64,000 bases of DNA from a virus, in the IMG/VR virus record IMGVR_UViG_3300046001_006061, positions 2,928 through 66,927 of that record. One strand, written 5' to 3'. Under the pieces are notes generated by a model. It ran no database searches. It saw only the letters and a program-made list of their open reading frames with translations, and had not been told where the DNA came from. A program made the translations under genes and the position numbers. This document shows, in pieces, positions 9,906-21,057 of the stretch (position 1 is the first letter of the stretch; each line of letters begins with the position of its first letter).

Positions 9906-11021
9906 TTAATATTTAATAATGAAATTACAAACTTGACTTGGTTGAATTGTTGAAACTGCTAATGTTTCTGTATCAACTGTTATTTCTGCTGTGCCTTCGG
10001 GTGTTAAACTAACATTTGCTCCTGTAAAGGTTGCTGAATGTCCATGATTTAAACTAATCGCACTTGATGTTGAAGTTGCTGTATGCGAGTGTGCCAAATC
10101 ATCAGAAGTTCCTGTAAATGTTGCGGTGTGTCCATGATTCAAACTTACTGCGCTTGATGTTGCGGTGTGATTATGTGCCAAATCATCGGCATCTCCTGTA
10201 AATACCGAAGTTGTTGTTGCGTCTATTGCAGCTATTATATTGTCTGTGCTTATAGTAAGTTCTACGCAATCCATTACACTCTCGGTAGCTTCTGCTATAC
10301 TTACACTGACACACGTTTCTCCATCTACATCTATTGATACTGCTGTTGCTGTAAGGGTTGTTGTTGATTCTATTGAACCCGTAGGTGTTGTTGACAATAC
10401 TACGGAAGCAACTGTTATTGTTGGCGTTACACTACCACTATAATTATCAACTGCTACTGTTCCTATTGGAGTTGTTGATAATACTACTGGGGCTATTGTT
10501 GTAGTAATACTCGGTGTTGCATTCCCCGTATAGTTAGTAACCGCTACTATTCCCGTTGGAGTGTAGTTTAACCCATCCATGTTCAAAGTACCACTAGCAG
10601 TATGGTCGTGGTCTGCATTTGCTATTTCTGCTCCTACTATTGCACCGTCAGTTCTTGCTGATATTCCTACTTTTGTGGATAGTCCCATTGGATTTGAACC
10701 CATTGGACTTGCTCCCCTAAAATCGGGTAGATTAAAAGTTGTTGTTCCGTTCCCTACGCCAAATTTTGTCCCTGTAATTGCAAATAAACTAGCATAAGTT
10801 GTTCTACTTACTGCTGCACCATTACACCAAAGATGCCCCGTTGGAAGACTAGCCCCACTAAAAAGTTTTATCTCACCCCTAATGGCTGTCGGGATTGGAG
10901 TTTCCGATTCTTCTAGCAAGAAGTTTATAGCAGTTTTTAGCTTTCTAAAATTATCATCTAATTCTAGGTCGGTTAAAGGTTCTCCTTTGGCAATTCTGAA
11001 AAGTAGTTCTACTGCATCCAC
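9906..11021 (-). CDS. tail fibre/needle with phage tail-collar domain and HxH motifs
   Basis: KGEPLT..ELDDNF anchor; GEIKLFSG..LPTGHLWCNGAAVSRTTYASLF...FNLPDFRG collar; C-terminal QPS..CNFIIKY. Confidence 0.9.
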   Translation of the reverse strand: MDAVELLFRIAKGEPLTDLELDDNFRKLKTAINFLLEESETPIPTAIRGEIKLFSGASLPTGHLWCNGAAVSRTTYASLFAITGTKFGVGNGTTTFNLPDFRGASPMGSNPMGLSTKVGISARTDGAIVGAEIANADHDHTASGTLNMDGLNYTPTGIVAVTNYTGNATPSITTTIAPVVLSTTPIGTVAVDNYSGSVTPTITVASVVLSTTPTGSIESTTTLTATAVSIDVDGETCVSVSIAEATESVMDCVELTISTDNIIAAIDATTTSVFTGDADDLAHNHTATSSAVSLNHGHTATFTGTSDDLAHSHTATSTSSAISLNHGHSATFTGANVSLTPEGTAEITVDTETLAVSTIQPSQVCNFIIKY

Positions 11022-11038
11022 TTTACAAAAATAGTTAT

Positions 11039-11350
11039 TTATTGACTAAAAACAACATAATCATTTCCTATCGAATAATTATTTTCTACATAGCTTTTCC
11101 CTAATGACATATTTATTTCCCATTGCTGCTTTACAATATAGTCAGCCATTGTATTCTTTTGGGCTAGTGTCAAATATCCGTTCTCGATTGATTGGATTGC
11201 TACACTTAAAGATTGGAGTTCTTTTTCAGCCAACTGCTCACCCTCGTTCAGTAATCTAGTTTCTAAAATAGTCGCTATATTCTGAACCTCTTTGGTAAAA
11301 AACGCTTTAGCATTTAAGATTACGGTTAATATTTGTCCTTCATCTCTCAT
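11039..11350 (-). CDS. hypothetical structural protein
   Basis: 103-aa ORF in tail operon. Confidence 0.55.
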   Translation of the reverse strand: MRDEGQILTVILNAKAFFTKEVQNIATILETRLLNEGEQLAEKELQSLSVAIQSIENGYLTLAQKNTMADYIVKQQWEINMSLGKSYVENNYSIGNDYVVFSQ

Positions 11351-11352
11351 GG

Positions 11353-12171
11353 CTATAAATCTTGCAAATTAGTTATTTTCTCTTCTACCCAATTCATTGT
11401 TTGTAACGCCTTACTAATACTGATTTCTTGTGTATAGTTAGTCCATTCTAAAGCTAACAACTTAGATTGAATTTTATTCATCAATAACTCATTCTCTTCA
11501 CAGCATTTTCCGATATTCTCTAATACTAATTGATAAAAGTATTGAGTTAATAACCAATTAAAGGTAAAGAATTTGTTCCTACTCTCTGACAGTATCTTTA
11601 GATTAGCCGACCCAGTTAATGTTATCGAACCATTAGTAGTAGCGATAAACACCTCGTTCTCGTAATAAGTGTTTCCGTTATAAACACAAGTTCCCGTTCC
11701 TACTACCATATACTGACTTTCATCAACTACTGTGGTTAAGGTACTAGGTGTTGTATCTACATAAGTTTCGTATTGTAAAGCGTAAACATCATTTGGGAAT
11801 ATCGTTTCAGTCAGATATAAGTCGCTAGGAACTATTGTTAATGGTGTTAAACTTGGTAAGTACCCCAATGGTTTTACAGTTGCGTTCAAATACTCAAAGA
11901 TATCCCCACTCAATACAGCAATGTCGGCTCTAGGTATAAAGACACCCCCTACTCCGATTGTCTTACCGTCATAAACTTGTGCTGTCCCACTTGTCTTGAT
12001 ATATTTATAAAAGGCTTCTAAAGTTCCACCTACTATAACCTCTCCACCAATTGAGGTGATATCTTTCTGAAACACAAATCTCGTACCCTTAACACTTGCA
12101 TATATGCTCGTTTCGTCTAAGAATGATAGGCTTTCACCATTTGATTTGTTTAACTCTAAACTGAAATTCAT
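11353..12171 (-). CDS. putative structural protein, paralogue of 9072-9896
   Basis: Motif similarity; TATATTTG promoter at 12176-12183. Confidence 0.55.
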   Translation of the reverse strand: MNFSLELNKSNGESLSFLDETSIYASVKGTRFVFQKDITSIGGEVIVGGTLEAFYKYIKTSGTAQVYDGKTIGVGGVFIPRADIAVLSGDIFEYLNATVKPLGYLPSLTPLTIVPSDLYLTETIFPNDVYALQYETYVDTTPSTLTTVVDESQYMVVGTGTCVYNGNTYYENEVFIATTNGSITLTGSANLKILSESRNKFFTFNWLLTQYFYQLVLENIGKCCEENELLMNKIQSKLLALEWTNYTQEISISKALQTMNWVEEKITNLQDL

Positions 12172-12185
12172 AGTGCAAATATAAT

Positions 12186-12728
12186 TTATTTAGTTTTATC
12201 TACACGTTTTTTATATTGTTTCAAATCTGACATTCGATAACCCACATAATAAAATTTAGGATTCACCCAATACCAACCACCATGATTTTCTGTCTGATAA
12301 ATTATTCCAGCATCTATCAACTCTTTCTCAAACCCATACCATGTCTTTATACTTTTTATATTACGAAACTTCATGTAGGCATATTTATCTAAACAAATAT
12401 AACTTTTACCTTTTTTGGTGTTTCTCTTTATATAATCGTACAGCCTAAAAGCACCATCACTCAATACGTCTATTATTGTTCCCAAGTCCTCATTGTAGTA
12501 ACTACTGTACTCAATTACGAATTTCTCCAACTCAATATCTCTACTACTCGTTTTAGAAATACTATTACCTAATGACGTCACAATACTCTCTTTAGCTTTT
12601 ATTCCTTTAGTCTCAGTAAACTCTTCTTTAGTCACTACCGTATAACACTTGATACTAAAGTCAGATAAGAATACATTATCATTGTCTTTCAAGTCTTTAG
12701 GTGTTCTTTTAATTTTATTTTTCTCCAT
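12186..12728 (-). CDS. RepL-like winged-helix protein
   Basis: A.RLYDYI...ELIDAGII...YWVNPKFYYVG signature. Confidence 0.55.
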   Translation of the reverse strand: MEKNKIKRTPKDLKDNDNVFLSDFSIKCYTVVTKEEFTETKGIKAKESIVTSLGNSISKTSSRDIELEKFVIEYSSYYNEDLGTIIDVLSDGAFRLYDYIKRNTKKGKSYICLDKYAYMKFRNIKSIKTWYGFEKELIDAGIIYQTENHGGWYWVNPKFYYVGYRMSDLKQYKKRVDKTK

Positions 12729-12729
12729 A

Positions 12730-13568
12730 TATCTATTGTGATTAAAGCAAAGTAGGTAAAACTACTCAACTAAACTATCTGTAATACAAAGATATAACTA
12801 TCCTTATTTGCTTTTTACTATATAACTAACTTAATAGCTGATTTAATTGATTGTCAGATAATTAAAATTTGTTAGATTGGAATAGTAGTAGAATTGGTAC
12901 TGATAATGAAAACATATATGGAGTAGGTATCAATAAATATTTTTTACGAATAATGTACTTCTGAATGGCTACCACTACCTCACAGCGCAAACCGATACAA
13001 ATAAAAAGATAGCCCCCCCTTAACCTCTTTGCTACGGGGTTAAATTTATTCTTCTGACTGCTTTGCTTTGCATCTAATAAATAATATTTGTAAAGTGAAT
13101 GCAAGGCAAGCAAACAGTTTAAGCCTTTGTTAGCTGCTATGTATGTATGTTTTTACCTGTGTGTTACGTTCGTTTCACAAATGTAAAAGGATTAATATAG
13201 TTAGTTAGGTATAATTTATTTGTTTTAGCAGCCTAAATTATTTGTTTTGATAGTAAAATATAAATGTTAGATGCGTCTAAGTTTATTTGTTAGATTTAAC
13301 TAACAACCAACAGCACATTCGTATAACTGTCTAATTTATTATACACTATAATAATACTGGTAATTTTGCGCGGCAAACTTTCACCTTTATAGCGCACTCG
13401 TAAAACCAATGTTTTATATAATCGTGTTTTATTCACTATCATTTGCCGTTTATCATTTCAATTTACCTTTTATGTTACAAATTAAACCGTTTATGTATTG
13501 TTGTTTTGAGTGAATAGTGTTTTAGTTGTACGTTTGTAAGGTCAAATAAAGCAATTGACATTTATATT
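12730..13568. other. long non-coding divergence region, candidate genome terminus/packaging region
   Basis: About 840 bp with no credible ORF; C7 run at 13013-13019; strand switch; TACGTTTG promoter near 13529. Confidence 0.4.
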
Positions 13569-14379
13569 ATGAATAACATAAAAAATACAATATCGTTTCA
13601 ATTGATTAATGAAGAGGCAAGGGAGCTAAGTTGGAAAATACAAAATACTATTTATGTAATAAAAAAAGGTGATAGTTTATTTAATTGCCTAAGTATTGAA
13701 GATGGTGAAATTTTAGCTATATGGAAGCAAGGGAGTAGTCAGCAAATAGAGCAAAACACATTTAAAAAATAAAATTATGAAAAATCAAAAACAGCATTTT
13801 GAAAGTATGGCAAATAATTACCTTAATGACAATATTTCAGATTTTCGCACCGATTTAAAGAAACTAAACAGAAGCGACTTGTTGAGATTCGTTTTACATT
13901 GTGAGCTGTATTGGAATGACTTATTAAACATTTACGAAATAGAAAAACTGTTTAATAGCTAACAAACCACACAAACCAATTTTAAACCATTTAAGTAAAT
14001 TAGCTATTTTAGTAAATTTATAAAAATAATATTCGCACATCAATTAATCAAATAAAAAACACAAAAATTATGAAAGCAGTAAAATTTTTAGCACCAAACC
14101 AATGTTATTTTTTTCAAGATAACAAAATAGTATTTCAAAGCTACGAAACTATTATTTGCACTATTGAAAACTACGAAAATGGAAACGAACCGATAATAAA
14201 AATAACCGATTCGCAGCCACAAAGTAAAACCACAGCAAAATATTTAAATCAATTTTTGCAATTACACACAAGCTTTAAAAGCTATAAAGATATAAAATAG
14301 TGTTAAGGTTTCAAGTCCTTTAAATTGTGAGAACAGCCTTAAAACGGCTGTAAACAAACAACACAAAATAAAAATAATT

Positions 14380-15294
14380 ATGGAAACATTAACAGAAGTA
14401 TTGAAAAAAAATGATTTGCGTTTTACTATCAATTTGAATGATGATAAAACAAACTGTAAAATTGAAATTAATCTAAATGATGAATGTAAAAATGGTCATC
14501 AAGATTTTAGTATTACTGCTACATTTTGGCAAGTTGGCGAAGTAAGAAGCGACAGAAATATGATTGCGGGCGGTTGTTGTCATGATGATATTTTAAATAT
14601 TCGCCCTGACTTACAAATATTTGTTAATTTACATTTATGTGATTGGCAAGGCGTTCCAATGTATGCAGTTGAAAATGGATTTTATCATTTAAAAGAAGGC
14701 TTTAACAATACCAAGCCAAGCGAAGAAAGTTTTAAAACTAAATTTTGCGAATATTACAGATTGACTTTAAAACAGTTTGAAATATTAAGCAAGTCAGAAA
14801 ATAAAACGCATTACGCTATTTTATTAATGGATTTAGGTATTTTAGACCAATGGAAAGAAGAAGCAGACAAGGCAATTAAAATACTAGAAAATTTATGTAA
14901 TTGTGTTTTTATCTGTGATAGTGTAAAAAGCCAATTTAATGCACCCGCAGAGGCAGAAATTTACCAATTTAGAAAGAACTGTGAAGAAGGTTATTATTTG
15001 CCACAGAACCAAGAAAAAAGGCGAATAATGAAAATTCGTGCGGCTCGTAGTGCTGAAAAATTTAAAATTAAGCAAGAAATGGACAAAGCAATTTTAAAAG
15101 CTAAAATTGAACACTATGTTAAAAGCGCAGTTTTAAAAGGCGGTTTGTCACTTGATAATTTTATTTATTATTCTCATAGTTGCGAAGGCGTTTTTAATTG
15201 GAAAAATTATGGCAAACAAGTTACCGAAGCCGAATTTAACAAGTTTATGGAAGTTACAAAAATTGAAGGTATTACCTTTAAACTAGGCAAATAA
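14380..15294 (+). CDS. hypothetical early protein
   Basis: 304 aa; DECKNGH.DFSITA, GGCCHD, LHLCD..G.PMY Cys/His motifs. Confidence 0.75.
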   Translation: METLTEVLKKNDLRFTINLNDDKTNCKIEINLNDECKNGHQDFSITATFWQVGEVRSDRNMIAGGCCHDDILNIRPDLQIFVNLHLCDWQGVPMYAVENGFYHLKEGFNNTKPSEESFKTKFCEYYRLTLKQFEILSKSENKTHYAILLMDLGILDQWKEEADKAIKILENLCNCVFICDSVKSQFNAPAEAEIYQFRKNCEEGYYLPQNQEKRRIMKIRAARSAEKFKIKQEMDKAILKAKIEHYVKSAVLKGGLSLDNFIYYSHSCEGVFNWKNYGKQVTEAEFNKFMEVTKIEGITFKLGK

Positions 15295-15374
15295 AAAACT
15301 ATTTTGTGTTTACTCCGAACCTTTTACGCTAAGGAGTAAGCACTTTTACACAAACAATTTAAACACAAACAAAA

Positions 15375-15794
15375 ATGAACTTAACACCAATCGAATTTAT
15401 CGAAGCAATTAAAAAAGGCAAAACAGAGTTTCAACTTAATAGAAACGAATCAGATTATTATGATGAATCGGAGTTTAGAAAACTTGTTAAAAAATACGGA
15501 CATACAGCCGAAGAGGCAAAAACGCACTTACAAACCGACTACACAAACGGATTTACTATTTGTAAAAATTGCGGCTCTTATTATCATTTAGGAAAGGGAT
15601 TTACAAAACATATTTCAAATGGTTGTTTGCATTGCGAAGGAAAAGAAAAGCACAATGTTTATTTTGTTAATGCAAGTCCAAAAGATGAAGGCGGTTTTCA
15701 TGCTCGTTATATGTCTGTAATGTTTGACGATAAAATGTCATATTGTTATGATAAATTAATAGTTGAAAAATTTAGAAAACTGTTTAACGATTAG
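15375..15794 (+). CDS. hypothetical zinc-binding protein
   Basis: CKNC...CLHC. Confidence 0.6.
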   Translation: MNLTPIEFIEAIKKGKTEFQLNRNESDYYDESEFRKLVKKYGHTAEEAKTHLQTDYTNGFTICKNCGSYYHLGKGFTKHISNGCLHCEGKEKHNVYFVNASPKDEGGFHARYMSVMFDDKMSYCYDKLIVEKFRKLFND

Positions 15795-18700
15795 ATTATG
15801 AACTACACAGACACCGATTTATATTATTTGCTACTTACTTTTTTAAATAGCAAATTAGGGCTTTTAACTATCATTTTAGCTTACTTGTTGCTTATTGCCT
15901 TATTAGGAGTAATGATAAGCGCAATTATTACTTGTAATAAGATAATAAAAGACTGTAATAACATTTTAAACAAAAAAGAAAAACCAACTTTTAAATAAAA
16001 AACACAATGAAAAAAATAATTGTAGATAGTTGGACAAAAGTCCCTTTTATTGGTTTGCAAATATCAAACTGTAATAACTCAAACGATGCTTTTAAATATG
16101 CAGAAAAAGAATATTTGCCTTTTGGTTATAATTTAGGATATTGGGCAGAAGATTTAAAAACACTTTTTATAAAACAAAACTAACCATGAAAACAAAAAGA
16201 TTAACTATACAAGAGGGAGAAGCATTGAAAATTGACCAATTCCCAAATTTCCACAAAAGCGGAAGCATTAAAGGAATGAAAAAACTTTACTATGGTAAAG
16301 ATGCAATGTTAGTAAGATGCGGAAATTATATTTACAATGTAAACGAAAATATTTACAATAATTGGGCAAGATAAAAGACTAAACAAATGAACATACTTAC
16401 ACCAACAGACACAATTTTAATTGTAGCAACTATTATTGTATGTTGCTTAATGTACTCAAACGACATAAAAACAAAATAAGAACATGAAAAATACAAAATA
16501 TTTCAATGCAGTTAATGAAGCTATTGATAACGATATTATTGATATAGAATATTTAAAAAGTAAGTTTATTGACTATTTGTATAACAAAGATTACGATTTT
16601 GATTTAATACTTAGTTATACAGATGAACATTTTGAAAACTTATTGACCTTTAAACAAAACTTTGAAAACTTCAAAAAATTTATAAAATTATAACCATGAA
16701 CACATATTACACAAAATTTCAAAAAGAAAAGAAAATAAACGCCACAACAACACGACTTGCAAATGTAACCGTTTACAATACTAAATGGAAACAAATAGGA
16801 AACGCCACAGTTTCTAAATGGCAAGATGTAAACGATGTTGCAAACATGATTATTAGAGATTATGAAATAAGCAAAGTTTGGAACAGTAAACAATTTTCAT
16901 TTAACCAATAAAAAGCACATGAAAACAATAAAAGTAAACTGCGATTTTGGATTGACAGAAGTCAAAACAATAGGCAAAGCAAGAGAAATTTTAGGGCAAA
17001 AATGGATTTTAGTACACTATCCATGCAAATATATGAACGCCACAGAACCGCTATTAATGAGAAAAATAGTACATTATAACACTGGTGGAGTTTTGCCTAT
17101 TTTCAATATGCCAAGCAAAGCACCGCAAAAAGATTTTTTCACAGAAGCAGAAACCTTTTTAAATAAAATAGGAGAAGCAGAAATAAAAGCAGTAGTAAAC
17201 AAGCAAGCAATTTTAAATAACTAAACACATGAAAAACACAGCAGACAAAGAACATTTATTAAATGTAGCAATAGGCGAAAAGATAAGCCTACTTTTAAAC
17301 CTTAAAATTAACAAACAAGGCAAAGTAAAAACAAGCTATGGAGATAAAACATGGATTGGCTTAGGCGCAACAGTTTTACAAATTATAAAAGAGGAAACAG
17401 AAAAACATAAATAGTTATGAAAAACACAGAAAATTGGCACATTCAAGATTTGCCCGAGCATAAAAGATTTGGAATTTACAAAGACGAAGAATTTATTGGA
17501 GTAGCATTTTACGCCACAGCCTACAAAAAAACACTTGACCAAGCAAGAAAAGAAGCCGAAGCAAACGCTAAAATTATGGCAGCATCAAGCGAATTATTAA
17601 ATGCACTACAATTATGTAGAAATTGGTTTGATGAACATGGCAAAGATTACGAAATAGGCACACCAAATTGTTTTATTCAAGCAAAGGCAGCCATTAATAA
17701 AGCGAAAGGAGAATAATTATGTACCCTTATAAAAGCAAATACGACCAAACAAAAGAACTTGTAGAAGATTTTATATATGCCACAAAACAAAAGCCTATAA
17801 TTAGAACAAATAAACAAAAAAAGGCACGACAAAAAAGTAAAAACGCTAAACAAGCTAGGAGGAAATAATTATGAGAACAATAGAAAAATGCACATACCAA
17901 AACACCGATTTAATGGTATTGATTGAAGAAATTGAAGACGGAAAAGCACAAGCAAGCTATTTTGTAAATGGCAAAGAAGTACACCGATGGCTTGATATTT
18001 TACCATGTTACCAAGTTTTATTAATGGCTATGCTTGACCAACATTGTAAAGACTATAATTTAATAAAATGGAGTTACTAACAATTAATCCAATGACTATT
18101 CCAATTTACGCACTTTTCGCTATTTGGATATGCTTAAAAGTTTACCAACTTTTTAAAAACACAAACAAATAAAACAATGAAAATACTACTAATACCATGC
18201 GACCTTTGCAATATTCAGATTGTAAACGCAATTAATCCAACCGAGCCTTTAGAGCCGAAATACAAAAGATACCTTATTGAAGTTGAGGAGTTTGAAAAAA
18301 TGTTTAACGAGGGCAGTTTAGATATTGACCGAAAATATATTAAGTTTGTTAATCCTAATCAATTGTAATTATGAGCGAAGCAAGCATAACAATCAGCAAA
18401 CATATTAAGGAGCAAGCGACACTGCTTCCAATAGGACACAAGTTTCAACTTAAAATGCACGACAAAATAAAGCCTTTCAAAGATTTACTAGAAGCTATCC
18501 GATTTTGCAATGTAATGGAAATCGAAGTAACTAATAAGGCAAGTTTATCAGAGTTTTTTCAAAATCAATTAATGCACTAAAATTATGTACGATTACAAAA
18601 TGTTAGCAAAGGCAAGCCAAATTTTAAGAGCAACCGACCCAAAGCCATTAATAGGCAGAACAGTTGATGCTTACGAAAACGCTACTTCAATTGAGCGACA

Positions 18701-19042
18701 AATAATGGCGTTTAACGAGAAGAAATATAGTAACGAAATGAAGTTACAAGAAATAAACAAACAAAAGAAAGTCACATTGTTTTTAATGCAGCAAAATCCC
18801 AAATAATGAAAGACCTCGAAAAATTGGTGAAAGAATACCCGCTTCTTACAAGCAATGAGCGCAAATTGCTTAAAAACATTCTCAACTATCATGGCATTAA
18901 CAAATCCGATGCTTCAAAAAGAATAGCGCAAGTTTTGAAAATACCACTTCAAGAAAACAAAATACTTTCAATTTTAACCGCTTAAAAATCACATCAATAC
19001 AACTATTTTATTATTTATTGGTGTCAATTAATAGGGAAAAGT

Positions 19043-19050
19043 TATATTTG
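19043..19050 (+). promoter_or_regulatory. TATATTTG promoter directly upstream of the cassette array
   Basis: TAnnTTTG, 10 nt before the first TAAC. Confidence 0.7.
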
Positions 19051-19060
19051 TAGGAGAAAA

Positions 19061-19145
19061 TAACGGGCGGACGGTTTGGGCAGGCTGCAAACCTGACCAA
19101 CTTTCCACCCTAACCAACATCGCAGCTTGCTTAAACCGTATGTTA
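19061..19145 (-). repeat. attC-like site 1
   Basis: TAAC GGGCGG ACGGTTTGGGCAGGCTGC...GCAGCTTGCTTAAACCGT AT GTTA. Confidence 0.75.
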
Positions 19146-19204
19146 GAAGCAGTTAATTAAACCTTGTGCGTGGGGTTCACGCAAGTAAATTAGAAAATAA
19201 AATT

Positions 19205-19531
19205 ATGACATTTATTCATCAGCCAACAGAATTTGAAAAACAAAAAAATGATAAAGATTTTATAGAAAGATTGAAATCATTTTGTAAAAACCAATTAGAA
19301 GAAAAACCAAAAAAAATGAGTAATAAAGATAGAATTGATTATATCTCATTCCTTCATAAGCAAAATTTGAATGGAAGAGAAGATGAGGATACGCTTTTTG
19401 AAGCTGGTATAGAAGCTGGCATAACAGAAACAGAAGAGTTTATGTTAGAATTTATTGTTAGTTTAAATCTTCCATTTACTGAAGATGAAATTACGGAAAT
19501 GTTTAATAAATTTAAAGCAAATGCAGAATAA
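19205..19531 (+). CDS. cassette 1 ORF a, hypothetical
   Basis: ATG 19205 after the leader shared with cassette 8. Confidence 0.65.
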   Translation: MTFIHQPTEFEKQKNDKDFIERLKSFCKNQLEEKPKKMSNKDRIDYISFLHKQNLNGREDEDTLFEAGIEAGITETEEFMLEFIVSLNLPFTEDEITEMFNKFKANAE

Positions 19532-19802
19532 AACATACAGTGGGATACTAATTAAATATGTTAGAGATAACAATATGATTATTTGGAAAATAGAAGAATC
19601 ACTAGCTGCTTTAAATATTTATGTCGATTGTAAAGATGAAGATAAACTAACCGATTTAGATAATGAACGAAAAGTATATTTCAAACTCAAAAAAGTATTT
19701 ATGGGTAGAGAATATGGCGAAGATATGAATATGAATTTAGCATATAACCTAAGTTTTGAAATAAATGTCCAAGCGCAAAAGGCGGAAGCAAGCAAGGTTT
19801 AA
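19521..19802 (+). CDS. cassette 1 ORF b, hypothetical
   Basis: Overlaps the ORF a stop; ends in the shared 3' flank. Confidence 0.6.
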   Translation: MQNKTYSGILIKYVRDNNMIIWKIEESLAALNIYVDCKDEDKLTDLDNERKVYFKLKKVFMGREYGEDMNMNLAYNLSFEINVQAQKAEASKV

Positions 19803-19814
19803 TTTATTGCTTTC

Positions 19815-19941
19815 TAACGGTATCGGGGCTTGTAGCAGTAGGGGATTTTGAAAAACTACTGCTCAATTAACCACCACAGCCCAATAGAAGTAAAAGGCTC
19901 AAAACTTGCACTTCTGCCCCTATTGCTACAGACCCTTGTTA
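19815..19941 (-). repeat. attC-like site 2
   Basis: TAAC GGTATC GGGGCTTGTAGCAGTAGGGG...CCCCTATTGCTACAGACCCTT GTTA; near-copy of site 11. Confidence 0.8.
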
Positions 19942-19988
19942 GCGGTAGGTTTTTTCAAATCAAGGGTTAATTTTAAAAGTTACATAAA

Positions 19989-20234
19989 ATGTTCAAAAAG
20001 AAAATAACATATTTTGTACTATATTTTTTAGAAGGAAATTCAAATAATAAATATAGTGTTTATATGACATCTAATGTAGAAAGTACAAACTCCTCCGAAT
20101 TTAATTTGCATTTTAATAATCAATGCAAATTAAATTACGAAGAAAATACGGGTTTAAAAACTGATGAAGTGGTTATCGAAAGCATTCAAATGATTTCTAT
20201 TCAAGTTTCTTTGTTTGGGTGGCGTATTTTTTAA
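19989..20234 (+). CDS. cassette 2 ORF, hypothetical
   Basis: 81 aa between sites 2 and 3. Confidence 0.6.
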   Translation: MFKKKITYFVLYFLEGNSNNKYSVYMTSNVESTNSSEFNLHFNNQCKLNYEENTGLKTDEVVIESIQMISIQVSLFGWRIF

Positions 20235-20243
20235 ACTTACCGC

Positions 20244-20370
20244 TAACGTTTTCGGGCTTTGTGTCCGTTGGCGACTTAAACTACAAATGTTAAATTGAAA
20301 AACAAATATTGATATGAGTACAAAAATTAAATCGAAGAACGAAACCGCCAATGGCACAAAACCCGTGTTA
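20244..20370 (-). repeat. attC-like site 3
   Basis: TAAC GTTTT CGGGCTTTGTGTCCGTTGGCG...CGCCAATGGCACAAAACCCG T GTTA. Confidence 0.8.
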
Positions 20371-20607
20371 GGCGAAGTTATTGATAGCAAGGTTAATCAA
20401 TTGCTGTCTTTAAGTGATGAATTTATATTCCCTGCTTACTATTCACATTCAGGTAAAACAATGTGGAAGATTTCAAATGTTTATACAAAATACGGTTCTG
20501 AAACATTGGTTTTGTGTGGCGTTGATGAAGGTATTGAAACAGCAATTGATTTGGCAATAGAACACATTTCAAAAGCTAAAGATAAGTTCTATGGTGTCGG
20601 TGTATAA
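20314..20607 (+). CDS. cassette 3 ORF, hypothetical (starts inside site 3, stops on the TAA of the next TAAC)
   Basis: ORF track plus site coordinates. Confidence 0.65.
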   Translation: MSTKIKSKNETANGTKPVLGEVIDSKVNQLLSLSDEFIFPAYYSHSGKTMWKISNVYTKYGSETLVLCGVDEGIETAIDLAIEHISKAKDKFYGVGV

Positions 20608-20730
20608 CGTTTTGCGGCTTTATGCAGTAGCGGACTTAAACCAAAAAATTTGATATGGAAAACGAAATTATAAATACAGATAAAAGTTCATTAGAACCAC
20701 GAAATCCGCTATTGCTTAAAGCTGATGTTA
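20605..20730 (-). repeat. attC-like site 4
   Basis: TAAC GTTTTG CGGCTTTATGCAGTAGCGGA...TCCGCTATTGCTTAAAGCTG AT GTTA. Confidence 0.8.
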
Positions 20731-20966
20731 TAAGCCGTTTTGGTGAATGTAAGTACAGTTGTCAATTAACACACGAGCCAAGTTGGTTTCATACAATATT
20801 GATTAAAGACTTTAGCATTTATATCGAGGAATGGATGGATGATGAAGATAATGAAATTTGTGCAACAGTTTTTACAGGCGAGAAAAAAAATGCTAATGGC
20901 TTTGCAAATACCAACTTGGCTTTATTGTTGAATGATATTGAGGAGTTCGTTAAAAATGGCTTATAA
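20655..20966 (+). CDS. cassette 4 ORF, hypothetical (starts inside site 4)
   Basis: 103 aa; stop is the TAA of TAAC at 20964. Confidence 0.65.
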   Translation: MENEIINTDKSSLEPRNPLLLKADVISRFGECKYSCQLTHEPSWFHTILIKDFSIYIEEWMDDEDNEICATVFTGEKKNANGFANTNLALLLNDIEEFVKNGL

Positions 20967-21057
20967 CGTTTGGTGGCTTTGTGTCTGTTTGCCCCTTGCG
21001 CAAAGTTTCAAGTTTACCACAAATGTTGATGGGGCAAATAGCACAAAACCGCTGTTA
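20964..21057 (-). repeat. attC-like site 5
   Basis: TAAC GTTT...GGCTTTGTGTCTGTTTGCCCC...GGGGCAAATAGCACAAAACCGCT GTTA; near-copy of site 7. Confidence 0.8.

Larger units (their letters stand above)
13569..18985 (+). other. cluster of about 20 small co-oriented early-type hypothetical genes
   Basis: Tightly packed 40-300 aa ORFs with A-rich leaders (13569, 13777, 14070, 15798, 16484, 16696, 16919, 17229, 17417, 17871, 18177, 18371, 18585 and others). Confidence 0.7.
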
